Positions 1-10,267 of a stretch of DNA of 64,000 nt are shown here, in pieces. Each line of letters begins with the position of its first letter. Positions within the stretch are counted from its first letter, which is position 1. The notes under the pieces are model-generated. The model was not told where the DNA came from and ran no database searches. It saw nothing but the letters and a program-made list of their open reading frames with translations. Made by a program: the position numbers and the translations under genes. The stretch is from Hyaloraphidium curvatum SAG 235-1 (Eukaryota > Fungi > Monoblepharomycota). The stretch is from positions 1-64,000 of the forward strand of contig JAIVFI010000032.1 in NCBI GenBank assembly GCA_025558095.1. Direction: 5' to 3'.

Positions 1-225
1 CGCCGCGCGGCGCATCGCGGCGCGGAGCCGGCACAGCGAGCCGCGGTGCACGGCGGCGGCGGCGAGGGCCGCGGCGGAGAACAGGGGCCGCACGTCCGCG
101 TCGTCGCCGCCCGGGAAATCGTCGCGCGCGGTCAGCCCCGGAGCGGGAATCGGGACGGCGAGCCAGAGTATCGCCGCGGCGGCGCCGAGGACGAGAGCCG
201 CCGCCGCGGTCCGCCCGGGGATCAT
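1..225 (-). CDS. 5' end of a secretory/type II membrane protein, possibly SGNH/Cap64-like; runs off the window
   Basis: ATG at 225 (minus) opens MIPGRTAAAALVLGAAAAILWLAVP...AVHRGSLCRLRAAMRRAA with no stop to position 1. Hydrophobic N-terminus; G-x3-RLR resembles the helix preceding the GGS block of Cap64-like SGNH proteins. Confidence 0.4.
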   Translation of the reverse strand, partial: MIPGRTAAAALVLGAAAAILWLAVPIPAPGLTARDDFPGGDDADVRPLFSAAALAAAAVHRGSLCRLRAAMRRAA

Positions 226-463
226 CTAAAAGCGCCCCGGGAGGTCATCAATCTCTATCACAGGCGCTGAGCGCCCCCCAACCCCGATACATCACGGCAC
301 GCCAGATACATTGAATTCGGGGAAGAGGGGAGGGGTTAGATGTCCGCCGAGCTGCCGGGTACAGGCTTCCTTGAACCTGTTCATAAGCTGTTGGCAACCC
401 AGTACGCGCCCCCGCTGAACAACGGCGCGCAGACGGCCGGTCTGGCGGGCCATGAGACCAGGA

Positions 464-770
464 GGTCATCATCAACGCCGTGAGCTTGCACCACGACGGA
501 AACCTCGCACCAACTCACGGCCCGCTCTCCAGGCGACCGGCTCGTGCATCCCGGCCTACCTCATTGTCGAGCTGGCCAACATCCTCGCCTTCCACGCCAT
601 CCCCCTCCTCGACGCCGCGGCCCCCAACGCCGGCCTGGACGCGCTCGTCGGCTTGTACCGCGGCGCGCGCTCGCGCCTCCTCCGCCGACTCCTCCGCCGA
701 CGCCCTGCACCCCACCACCCCCCCGGACCCCGCCCTCCCCGCCGTGCGGAAGCTCGTCTCAGTCCACGCG
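464..770 (+). pseudogene. Relic of the local 7-TM (GR-like) family, TM5-TM6 segment only
   Basis: VIINA|ATGSCIPAYLIVELANILAFHAIPLLDAAAPNAGLDALVGLYRGARSRLL matches AAGSCVPAY...LASYNSDVDVISELYGSTASLL of the 44658 gene. It retains a GTGAGC...CTCAC...CAG intron (480-532), has a frameshift near 680-700 and lacks TM7. Confidence 0.65.
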
Positions 771-919
771 ACCAGTGCTCAAGGGTTCGACTGTCAGCCG
801 GGCCTCACACTGCCAACAGCTCATGAACATGTTCGAGGAGGGCGGATTCGCCGCCGTCCACCCATCCGCACTAGTTCCGTCTCGTCCCCCGCCCGACCAC
901 ACCAGCCCGAGCCTGTCCT

Positions 920-2647
920 TCACCATCTCCCCGGCCCGCATTCCCCGCACGTCTCCCTCGAACGCACCCTCCCCTCCCACCCCAGGCTCGGCAGGAACCT
1001 CCCCCTCGCCGCGCACCCCAGGTTCCAGAACCTGTCGGGCCCCAAAACGGCGCGCGGCTTCCCGTCGCGCCACGGGAACCGCGCCGAGAAGTCCACGCCC
1101 GCGCGCCGCGCCTCGTACTCCCGCGCCGCGAGCTCCCCCGGCGCCATGTGCCCGTCGTCCTCGGGCACGGGCGCGCCGTTCGGCACGCAGACCAGCCGCG
1201 CCACCGCGGCCCCGATGGTCCTCGCGCGCCAGGAAAAGGTCGACCAGTGCGTCTGGTAGTAACCCCCCGCCGCCCCGCGGGAAACATGGTCTCCGCAGGA
1301 GAGCAGGATCTGATCGAGCACAGCCATCGCGAGCCCGCGGTGCTTCTCCCTCGCCAGCGGGCCGTAATCGGGCACCCATGCCCGCCAGCCGTCGAAGCCG
1401 ACGCTGGGGTGGTCCAGCAGCGAGGCGAGCGCGGGGTACGCGCCGTGCGCGAACGCGATCCGCGGGCGCGGGGCCGGGGGAGGGAGGACGGCGTCCAAGG
1501 CCGTGCGGAGGGAGCCGGAGAGGTCGCCCGGTCCCCAGGGCGATCCCGGGACGGCGTCGGTGGCGATGTAGGCGACGGTGCGCCCGGGGTCGGCCGACGC
1601 GAGCCTTTCCGCGAGGAAGCGAGCCGCCAGGGACTCCGTGGTGCCGCAGAGGGGAAAACGCAGGCGGGAGTTGCAGTACTCGGCGACGTACCTGGAGGTA
1701 CGGGCGTGGGCGGTGAGCAGGAGCGGGGAGGGGACGGGGTAGGCGTCGTAGGCGGGGTCGTCGAGCCGAGGGACGCCTCCCGGGGGGAGCAGGCGGACAA
1801 TCTTGTCCGCCGGATCCTCGTGAGTGCCGTTGCCCGGCGCGTCCGGGGAGAGGATCAGGTTCCACAGCGCCCATTTGGCAACGCGCAGGAGCTCCTCCCT
1901 GGGCGGCATCTCCCCGCTGGCCTCCTGCTCCGCTGCGCAGCTGATGTTGAACGTGTAGGGATACGGCGCGCCGACCAGCCGGCCTGCGAAGCGGCGGCGG
2001 AAATCCAGCGCCTCCGCTCCCGGGACCGCGTCCGGGGGAGCGTGCGTGGCCCAGGGTCCCAACAGCACCGTCTCGCGGCAGGAGAATGGCTGCGTCCGCA
2101 CGGCGCGGCTGTCACCCACCGCGTGCTCGTCCAGCACGCAGGGGAGTGAGAGCGGCTCGTCGTTATTGTGCTGGTGGATCTGCAGGCGCAGGCGGAACGC
2201 GGCCGCGTCTTGATCCGAGGGCGATCCGGCACCCGTCCCCCGCACGCCCTCCCGCGCCAGCACGCGTCCGACCCACTCCCGCTGGTCCTCCCGGCCGAGG
2301 TCCACGAAAAAATCGCCCCGCGGTGCGTAAAACTCCCCCAGCGGGATCGTCCCGGTGTGCCACGCGTCCCTCCTCTTCCCGCCGCCCGCGCCGCCCTCGG
2401 ACAGGAACAGCGGCAGCACGCGGCAGCCCAGCCTGCGCGCGACGGCGACGATCCGCACGATGCCGAGCATCTGGTTCGAGTGCATGTAGCGGCCCTGCGG
2501 GTACGCGAAGACGAGGCACGGCTCCCGCGCGGCCGGGGCATCCGCCGGGTTCTCCGCCGCGCCGGACGGCGGGCGCCATGGGGTGAGCGCGCCCGCGGCG
2601 ATCGCCAAAACGGTGCAGGCGAGGCGGAGGCGCGTGCGGAAGCGCAT
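920..2647 (-). CDS. O-fucosyltransferase-like GT-B glycosyltransferase, secretory
   Basis: 575-aa intronless ORF; N-terminal signal/anchor; motifs HAR, VAYIATD, LDQILLSCGD and STFS typical of GDP-fucose-using GT-B enzymes (POFUT/GT11/GT23-like). Confidence 0.65.
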   Translation of the reverse strand: MRFRTRLRLACTVLAIAAGALTPWRPPSGAAENPADAPAAREPCLVFAYPQGRYMHSNQMLGIVRIVAVARRLGCRVLPLFLSEGGAGGGKRRDAWHTGTIPLGEFYAPRGDFFVDLGREDQREWVGRVLAREGVRGTGAGSPSDQDAAAFRLRLQIHQHNNDEPLSLPCVLDEHAVGDSRAVRTQPFSCRETVLLGPWATHAPPDAVPGAEALDFRRRFAGRLVGAPYPYTFNISCAAEQEASGEMPPREELLRVAKWALWNLILSPDAPGNGTHEDPADKIVRLLPPGGVPRLDDPAYDAYPVPSPLLLTAHARTSRYVAEYCNSRLRFPLCGTTESLAARFLAERLASADPGRTVAYIATDAVPGSPWGPGDLSGSLRTALDAVLPPPAPRPRIAFAHGAYPALASLLDHPSVGFDGWRAWVPDYGPLAREKHRGLAMAVLDQILLSCGDHVSRGAAGGYYQTHWSTFSWRARTIGAAVARLVCVPNGAPVPEDDGHMAPGELAAREYEARRAGVDFSARFPWRDGKPRAVLGPDRFWNLGCAARGRFLPSLGWEGRVRSRETCGECGPGRW

Positions 2648-3495
2648 GGGGCCGTGGCGCCGGCGGTGGCGGGCAGGGCCCGATCGGATTGCTCGTTCCG
2701 GGAACTAATATACACGAAAAGCGAACCCTTCCATCTCGTAGAGCCACTGAGCCGTGCCCTCCACCCGATGACTTACCTCACCGGCCGCCCTCCCAGCCGC
2801 CGTGGACGCCCCCTGCAGCGACCCCGATCCCGAATCCTGGCCGTCCGAAGAACATCCAGCAGAGCCGCCGCCGTTGCCGCGAACGCAAAGATTGACCCAG
2901 CGTCGGAATATGGGTTCCGTGCCGCGCACCAGGGCCGCCGTAAGCCGCTGGCGTGCCGAAGTCGTGAAGAGGGCCCTCAGTCCATCGATGTCATCCCCGG
3001 GGCCGTCAGGGTCCGGGGCCGCGGGGAAAGGCGAGGAGAGAGAGCTGTTGAAGAAGCCGCGCGAACTCGGGATCGAAGGCCCCCGTAGATTCCATCACTG
3101 CGGGAACGAGAGAGGTCGGAGTGTTGGTCCCGATCAGGTAGTGGCGCTGGTAGTGCCGGATCTTAGCAAGATAGCGCGCCTCTGCGGGCGCAAGCGCCTT
3201 GGTGGCTGCTGCGGGGAGGTGCCGATCCACGCCGCACGATCCCCTTTATTGGATCGCTTGAGACGAACTGTGAGGCTCCTGCGGCCACCGACGACGCAGT
3301 TTGCCCACCCCGGACCTCGAGAGCGGCCGCAGAAGAAGGCGCAACTTGGCGATGCGTCCCACTCCTGTTCACCGACCGGCCGGATCCGGGTGCGGAGAGG
3401 TTTCGAGGGTTGGCCGAGGGTGTGGACAACCAGAGGCTCGCGGGCGGGCGCAGCAGCATCCTCGGGGTCCAATCTCCCCCACCCCACCCAAAGCG

Positions 3496-4746
3496 ATGGC
3501 GAGCGGGCGGCCCCTCCGACGCATGCTGGCGACAGCCGCTCTCGTGGGCGCCGCGTGGCTCGCTGCATCCGGGCCGGCGGGGCGAGCGGGCCCGCCGGCT
3601 CTGCAGGGGGTCGCTTCCGCACTGCAGGGCGTGCCGGAGGGCTGCCCGCCGCAGCGCAAGCTCGGGCCGTACCCGGCCGCGGTGCTGGCGCGCCTCGCTG
3701 CCCCCGATGTCGCGGCCGGCGACCCGCCGCTGCTGCCCCTCGCCGTCGCCTCGTTCCCGCGCAGCGGCACCACGTGGATGCGCGCCGTGCTGCACGCCGC
3801 GCTGGGCTGGGCCGAAACGTCGGTCGACGACTCGTCGGCGCTGGGGCTGGCCGACCCCTTCGTCGTCAAGACTCATTTCCCGGAGCGCATGGGCGCGTGG
3901 GAGCGCGCCGTGCCCGAGGCGGCCCGGGGGTGGGGCATGTTTGCCCGCGCCATGCACCTCGTAAGGAACCCGTTCGACGCCATCGCGTCGTCCATCGCCT
4001 TCGACGAGGCCAACGCCGACCTCAAGCGCGCAAACGTCTCCAGCGCCGAGAGGAACAGGCGCCTGCGGCTGCTCTCGCGGCCCGACGCTCCCGGCAGGCC
4101 GTCCATCTCGCCGGATTCGCCGCACTTTCGGAGGCACCTGGACGGCTACGCCCGCCACCTGCGGTACTGGTCCGCCCCGCCGCGGCTCCCCTCGCGCACC
4201 GAGAGACGGCTGCTGGTGCGCTACGAGGACCTCGCGACGGACCCGCAGGCCGCCCTGCTGAGGATCGCGCGCTTCGTCTTTGACCCGCAGCTCCGAGCCG
4301 CCGCCTCGGCCTTCCTCGCCGACGACCTCCCCGGCAACGCCACCCTCTGGCCCTCCCCCCTGGACCACCCCTTCTTTTACTCCTCCGGAATCGACGCCCG
4401 CGCGCTCTTCTCGCAATTCCACGCCTCCCGCCTCGCCTTCCTCGACACCGCCCCCGCAACCGCCCGCGCCCTCCTCCAGCCGGACGCCTCCCCCCTCGCG
4501 CCCTCGGAACCGCAGCTCGCCACCGCGCTGCGCTGCGCCGCGCTCGCCGACGCCGCCGGCGGGATCGACACCGCGCGGGCCGGCCGCGGCGCGCGGAAGG
4601 CCGGGGACGGGGTGCGGGTGTTCGAGCCGGGGGCGGTCGGGGAGATCGTTCATGCGGTGGGCAAGGAGCGGCTCTGCGGAATGGGGTACGGGGGCTTGCT
4701 CAAGGAGGCGGGGTACGGCGGGCTCGTGGAGGGGTGCGGGGGCTAA
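3496..4746 (+). CDS. Type II membrane PAPS sulfotransferase (WSCD-like)
   Basis: Signal anchor MLATAALVGAAWLAA; 5'-PSB VASFPRSGTTW, VKTH, 3'-PB LVRNPFDAIAS, LLVRYEDL. Confidence 0.85.
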   Translation: MASGRPLRRMLATAALVGAAWLAASGPAGRAGPPALQGVASALQGVPEGCPPQRKLGPYPAAVLARLAAPDVAAGDPPLLPLAVASFPRSGTTWMRAVLHAALGWAETSVDDSSALGLADPFVVKTHFPERMGAWERAVPEAARGWGMFARAMHLVRNPFDAIASSIAFDEANADLKRANVSSAERNRRLRLLSRPDAPGRPSISPDSPHFRRHLDGYARHLRYWSAPPRLPSRTERRLLVRYEDLATDPQAALLRIARFVFDPQLRAAASAFLADDLPGNATLWPSPLDHPFFYSSGIDARALFSQFHASRLAFLDTAPATARALLQPDASPLAPSEPQLATALRCAALADAAGGIDTARAGRGARKAGDGVRVFEPGAVGEIVHAVGKERLCGMGYGGLLKEAGYGGLVEGCGG

Positions 4747-4755
4747 GCGGCCCAC

Positions 4756-5007
4756 GTCGGCCGACCCTCGCGTCACCGTCGCCTACGTCGCGACCGATGC
4801 CGTCGCCGGATCCCCCTGGGGACCGGGCAACCTCGCCGGCACCCTCCGTTCCGCCCTGGACACCGTCCTCCCCCCCCCGCCCCCCGCCCCCGGCTCGTCT
4901 GGAACCTGGGGTGCGCGGCGAGGGGCCGGTTCCTGCCGAGCCTGGGGTGGGAGGGGAGGGTGCGTTCGAACGAGACGTGCGGGGAATGCGGGCCTGGGAG
5001 GTGGTGA
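4756..5007 (+). pseudogene. Inverted, internally deleted copy of the 3' part of the fucosyltransferase-like gene
   Basis: Encodes SADPRVTVAYVATDAVAGSPWGPGNLAGTLRSALDTVLPPP (parent about 1470-1600), joined out of frame to WNLGCAARGRFLPSLGWEGRVRSNETCGECGPGRW-stop (parent 920-1030). Confidence 0.85.
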
Positions 5008-5148
5008 GAGCGGTGCGAATTCCGCGGCCCCTTGTTCTTGCATGAGCAGGCCGGTGCGAACGGCACGTACCCTCGAATATGACGCGGGCTTGCGACCGGG
5101 AAGCGTAGAAGCGGGGCACCACACCGGCCCGATCGGATGTTTTGGTCA

Positions 5149-6810
5149 TCACGCCCCGCACGCCGGCTCCGTCCCCAGCGCCTCCCCCACCCCGCCCAGC
5201 ACCCCCTCCCCGCACGCCCCCCGCACATCCATCCCGGATCCGTCGACCGCGCAGGTGATCCGCAGGTAGCGAAGCCCCGTCTTTGCCGCCAGATGGGCAA
5301 ACACCCTCCTCCTTGCCTCGCCATCCCACCCCGCGGGCTGGATCTCGAGCAGCGCGGCGCCGGGGCGCATGGCGGCCGCGTGGGAGAGGAAGGCGCCGTG
5401 CACGCCGACCACCACCGCAGCGGAGTGGACGAGGGCGAGGAGGTCCGGCAGGGGAGGCAGGTGGGAATCGTCGACCACGCGGATGCGCGCGCGGGGGAAG
5501 CACCCCCGCAGCCTTTCCGCGAGCGGCATCCCGGTGTCGGGGACCAAGGTGCGGTTCCCGTCCGCGCGGCGGCGGAGGTGCAGCAGGACCACGGGGCTGC
5601 GATCTCGCCGGGCGTCCGCGGCGGGGAGGGGGCGCCAGAAGGGCGTGCGCTGCGCGAGGAGGGCGCGGGCGAGCGGGCGCAGGGTGCCCGCGAGGAGGGC
5701 GGCCTGGGAGGGCGAGAGGGAGCCGCAGCCCGATGCGGGCTCGGGGACCCATGCGCGGCGCGCGAGGATGGCGCCGGTGACGAGGCGCGAGGCGGGGATG
5801 CCGAGCAGCGGGAGTAGTCTTTGCAGCAGGCCTCTGTGCACGTGCACGGCAATGTCGGGGTCGGCGACGAGGGCGCCAAGGTGGGGCAGCAAGCGCGGGA
5901 GGGCCTCGGCGAGCGCGTGCCACGGGTTGAAGGACCACAGCGAGGAGGCGACAAAGACGCGGGGGTGTTCGGGGAGGCCGCGGGGCGAGGCGTTGCGCGG
6001 GTCGGGGTTGTAGTCGCACAGGCCGACGACGGGCCAGAATGCGGCGCCGCGGGCGACGACGTTGCCTTCCGTTGTCACGATCGCGTCTTTGAAGGAGAGG
6101 AGCAGCTGGGCGTGGTGTTCCAGGAACGGCCCCCTGCCCTCGACCGGGCCCCACGCGCGGTCCACGGCCGGTTCCAGCTGCGGACGGCAGGTCGCCCACG
6201 CTTCACGCGCGGCGTTGGCAGCGCGGCGGCGGGCGGCGCGCAGGCAGGCTGGGTCGGCGGGCGTCGGGCACGCGTCCGAGAGGTCGGCCCGCGCGGGGAG
6301 GAACTGCGTCGCGTCCCGCAGCGCGTCCGACGCGTAGCCGTCCGCCAAACGCACCGCACATATTCCACTGGAGGCGTTTCCGTCCAGCAGGGCATAGAGG
6401 TCGCGCGCCGTGCGGATTGCCGGTGACCCCCGCGGGTCAAAGTCCAACGGCGCGGGCACTCGGGGTCCTCGGGCGCGCCGGGGGTCGACGGCCGGCAGCG
6501 GGCACGCCTCGCGCGCGTCCGCCGGCGTCGCCGCCACGCGCAGGAACGGCGGGTCGGCGGCGCCCGCGAAGAACGGCGTCGGGGGCAACGGCGGGAGCGC
6601 GGCATCGCCCGAGACGCGGCACGGCGCGGAGGCCCACGCGACGCCATCGGCCGCGTCCCCGCCGCCGGCCGAGTGCGTGAAAAGCACCAAAACGCTGCCC
6701 GCAATCGCCACGAGGAGCAGCGGCCGGAGCGGGGGCAGTGGGGGAGGACACGAGGGGGGCATCGGAGTGGGTGGGACGCGGGACCCAACCCGCCGACCAC
6801 CATACCCCAC
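5149..6810 (-). CDS. Glycosyltransferase family 61 (DUF563-type)
   Basis: Type II anchor LLLVAIAGSVLVLF; FNPWHALAEALPRL and VVVGVHGAFLSHAAAMRPGAALLEI GT61 motifs. Start could be the second ATG at about 6762. Confidence 0.8.
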   Translation of the reverse strand: MGYGGRRVGSRVPPTPMPPSCPPPLPPLRPLLLVAIAGSVLVLFTHSAGGGDAADGVAWASAPCRVSGDAALPPLPPTPFFAGAADPPFLRVAATPADAREACPLPAVDPRRARGPRVPAPLDFDPRGSPAIRTARDLYALLDGNASSGICAVRLADGYASDALRDATQFLPARADLSDACPTPADPACLRAARRRAANAAREAWATCRPQLEPAVDRAWGPVEGRGPFLEHHAQLLLSFKDAIVTTEGNVVARGAAFWPVVGLCDYNPDPRNASPRGLPEHPRVFVASSLWSFNPWHALAEALPRLLPHLGALVADPDIAVHVHRGLLQRLLPLLGIPASRLVTGAILARRAWVPEPASGCGSLSPSQAALLAGTLRPLARALLAQRTPFWRPLPAADARRDRSPVVLLHLRRRADGNRTLVPDTGMPLAERLRGCFPRARIRVVDDSHLPPLPDLLALVHSAAVVVGVHGAFLSHAAAMRPGAALLEIQPAGWDGEARRRVFAHLAAKTGLRYLRITCAVDGSGMDVRGACGEGVLGGVGEALGTEPACGA

Positions 6811-7776
6811 CGGCGGGATCGGACGGATGCAACGCCCCGGATCATCGAACGGATGGTTTTCCGGCTAGGTCATTCCGCTCGGTTGCTTCCGTCCGCGGGG
6901 CTGGAATGCGATGGGGACGCGCCATGCGGCGGCCGGGAGGCGGATCGCGGTCCGCTAGAGGAATGGAGCTGGTATCGGAGCGCTCTTGCGAGCACAGCAT
7001 CACATTCGGGGAGGGGATAAGGAACGCCCGCCGGAATCCGCGGGCGACGGCGGCCTGGAGGGGCGCTCGATCGTCAGCGGGTCCTCGGGGTCCGGGGCGG
7101 TGCCGAGCCCGGGAACGCACTGGCGAAGGACGGATCAGTCTCCGCAAACCGTGCTGGGGCACACGGCCGGGCTCTTGGCCTTGAACGACGTGGGGCCCGA
7201 GGGCTGGTGCGCGCGCAATCGCGGCAACTACGAGACCGAACCTTCCGACAATTGGGCGCGCCAGCTGGCATTGCGAAGATGCTTGCCTGCTGTCGGGACG
7301 GGATGGTACACTGGCCCGGATATGCCGGATGCGAGCAAGGAAAGTGCGCCTGCGAAGTAGCCCCGTACCCGCCTTCGCAGGCAGCCCCGCCTTCCCTTCC
7401 TTCACTTTTGGCTCGAGAAATCAAAGGATCCACTCCGGCGAATCAAGCGCCAAGGGTGCCAATTTGGTGCGCGAGTGTCTACGACGCCGGCAGTTATAGC
7501 TGGGCGCTGGTGGCGCGCTCGTCGGTCTCTCGCGGAACCGCCCTCCCTCCGTAGGCTTCGGCCGCATCGGGGACCTTCCTCGCCGTCATCCTTGTGGCGA
7601 GATCGGTGTTAGGTGCCGCATGCCCCAGGCATAGCGGCCGAGGCGCGGCAACCGCGGTTTCGGCGCCCGCGTCCCCATTTCGGCGCCCGGCCATCCCCAC
7701 GCGACTCACACACCCAAATCGACATCGGCGCCGTTTCCGCCCGTTCCCCGACGCGAACCCCGATCAAAGCACCGCG

Positions 7777-9220
7777 ATGCGGCCCCTGAACGCGCTCCTC
7801 GCCCTCGCCCTCGCCGCGCTCCTCGCGGTCCCCAATGTGGCGGCCCAGGACCTCGGCTACGCCCGCTCCGCCACCGAATGCTCCCGCGTCCTCGGGGGCA
7901 CCGACGTCACCGTGATATTCACCGCCGATCCCGGCCAATCATACGGCGGGATCGGGGAAGGTTACTACATTGCCCTCGCTCTCAAGGCTCCCCGCAACGT
8001 GACCATCGCGGGGTGCTACAACGCCACGGTCGGGACCATCGCCGGGCAGCGCGTCGCGCAGATCGTCACGGGGGAGGGACCTTCGACGGCGCAGATGTGC
8101 ATTTTCCAGGTGCTCTCGTGCTCCTCTGTGATCAAGGAGATCATGTTCTTTGGCACCGCCGGGTTCTCGCCGAGAGTGGGGGGGCTGCTCAACCCGGGTA
8201 ACTGCGAGCCGCCGGCAAACCCGGACCCGGCGACGCTGGTCAGGCCGGGGGACCTCTGCGTGTCGCTGCACGCCATCAACTGGTGCGTCCCCGTCGCGGG
8301 AAGCAGTCATGTCGAACCCAATTCCTGACACTGGTTCCAGGGACTGCCAGGGTGGTCCGTGGTCCCAGACCGCCGCCGCCTTCCCGCAGGAATGCTCCGT
8401 CCCCGGCTCGCCCAACCAGCCCTTCGTCGACGCCTTCACCGACCGCTCCAGCGCCGATTTCCGCGGGTGGGACTGCTTCGTCGACGTGATCCCCAACGCC
8501 GCCTCGCGCCGCCTCGCCGACGAGCTCATGGCCGGCCGCCCCGCCCTGCAATCCGTCGTCCCCCCCGCACCGGTGCAGGAGTACACCCAGTGGTACTTTG
8601 GCAACACCACCCTCGCCATGGGCCCCACCTTCTCGCCCAACGTGTCGGCACCCCCGCGGGCGTTCGGCCCCTCGGTCTGCGCCGAGGTCGACTCGGTCTT
8701 CTGGTGGACCGGCACCCCGTGGGACGCCCAGGCCCGGGGCATGGTCGGCTACGCGGTCAACGTCTCCGGGCTCGCCTCGGTCCCCTCGGGCGCCTTCCTC
8801 GGCGGATCGGTGGTCGCCGCCTCGGCCATGGAATCCATCGGCATGCTCGCCGCGCAGCGCAACGCCCGCCGGCTGACGGGCATCGACGTGCCCTACGCCA
8901 TCGTCCGCAGCGCGTCGGACTACAACCTCGAGCCCAACGTGCGGTCGCCGGCCAACGCCTCGGTGTGGCTGCAGGGGCCGAGCGTGGCCAAGCCCCCGGG
9001 CCTGTCGAGCGATACCGCCACGGCGACGGTGTATGCGATACAGACGGGGTCGCAGCTGATCTTGGGGGCGCTGAGGCAGAGGTGTTTGGCGGCGGGCGGT
9101 TCGGCGGCGGTTTGCAACGACCAGGGGACGCCCAGCGTGGGGGTCAGGGGGGCGGAGATGGGGGTCGCGGCGGGAGGGGCGGCGGCGGTGGCGGGGGCGG
9201 CGCTGAACCTGCTGCTGTAG
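7777..9220 (+). CDS. Secreted, probably GPI-anchored NUP / purine nucleoside phosphorylase-fold protein
   Basis: Signal peptide; intron 8283-8340; motifs GEG, FFGTAG, GDLCVS..AINWD, SAMES, IVRSASDY; hydrophobic C-terminal tail. Confidence 0.7.
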
Positions 9221-9520
9221 ACCTCCTAGTTGCCGGACTACGAGGGGACACCTGCGGCGTAAAAACGGGCGCCAAGAGGGAAGGACGCAACAGATATCCA
9301 CTGACGACAACCTCATAGAACATCCGACATCCACGCCCCACTTTTCCGCCCCGTCCGTCTGGAAAGTCCCGTCCGCACCGTGCAGAAAAGTTCCGACGAG
9401 AGAGGCCGTCAAACGCCGGCGGAACCAACTTCGGCCCTTCCAACGCCCGATTCCGAAAGCGCCGGCATCGGACCGGCGCGGGGCCACCAGCAGATCCCGC
9501 TCCTCCACCCCGGCGGGTCC

Positions 9521-10267
9521 TCAGGTCCTCGGTGGCGCGGAATAGGGCGGCGGGGCCTCCGGGAACGCCTGCCCCCCCTGCGGCGGCGGGTACCCTCCCT
9601 GGGGCTGGGGCGGCGGGTAACCCCCCGAGGGGTACACGGCGTTGGGATCGTACGCTCCCGAGGGGGATCCGTACCCCTGCCCCGTCGGCACGGGCGCGGG
9701 CATCGGGGGCGGGTTGGCGGCGGCCTGCTTGATCTTGCGCATCATCATGATGCCGTAGCCGATGAAGGCCAGGCCGAGGACGATGAGGATGATGCCGATC
9801 CACCAGTAGAAGTTGTACCTGTCGGAACGAGGGGCGAGGGGGTGAGCGGGACGGCGGAGGGGCAGGAGCGGGGCAGCCCACCTGTAGGTCGCGCCGTAGT
9901 ACAAGCCGACCATGACGCCGCCGCTTGCGGCGATGACGATGCCCGAGATGATGTAGCTGCGCGCCTTGCGCTGCAGGTACGCCGGGGCGGGCACGGGGGC
10001 GGCGGGCTGCACGGTGCCGGGGACCACGACGGTGGTCGACGCGTAGGCGCCCGGGGGGTAGCCCGGCTGCGGCGGGTACGGCGGGTACGACGAGTACGAC
10101 TGCTGCGTGGGGTACGAGGCCGGCGCCGGCGGGTACGCGGGGTAGTTGGACGGCGCGGCGGGGGCCGCGGGGAAGTCGGCGTAGTTGTTGGGCGGCGGGT
10201 ACGCCGACGAGCCGCCGTTGGGCACGTCGGTGGCGCCGGGCGGCGCGCTTTTCGTCTCGACGGACAT
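9521..10267 (-). CDS. Pro/Tyr-rich 2-TM membrane protein with PPxY motif
   Basis: YPP-rich termini, two hydrophobic helices separated by an in-frame intron (about 9818-9881), C-terminal APPPYSAP. Confidence 0.7.
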   Translation of the reverse strand: MSVETKSAPPGATDVPNGGSSAYPPPNNYADFPAAPAAPSNYPAYPPAPASYPTQQSYSSYPPYPPQPGYPPGAYASTTVVVPGTVQPAAPVPAPAYLQRKARSYIISGIVIAASGGVMVGLYYGATYRWAAPLLPLRRPAHPLAPRSDRYNFYWWIGIILIVLGLAFIGYGIMMMRKIKQAAANPPPMPAPVPTGQGYGSPSGAYDPNAVYPSGGYPPPQPQGGYPPPQGGQAFPEAPPPYSAPPRT

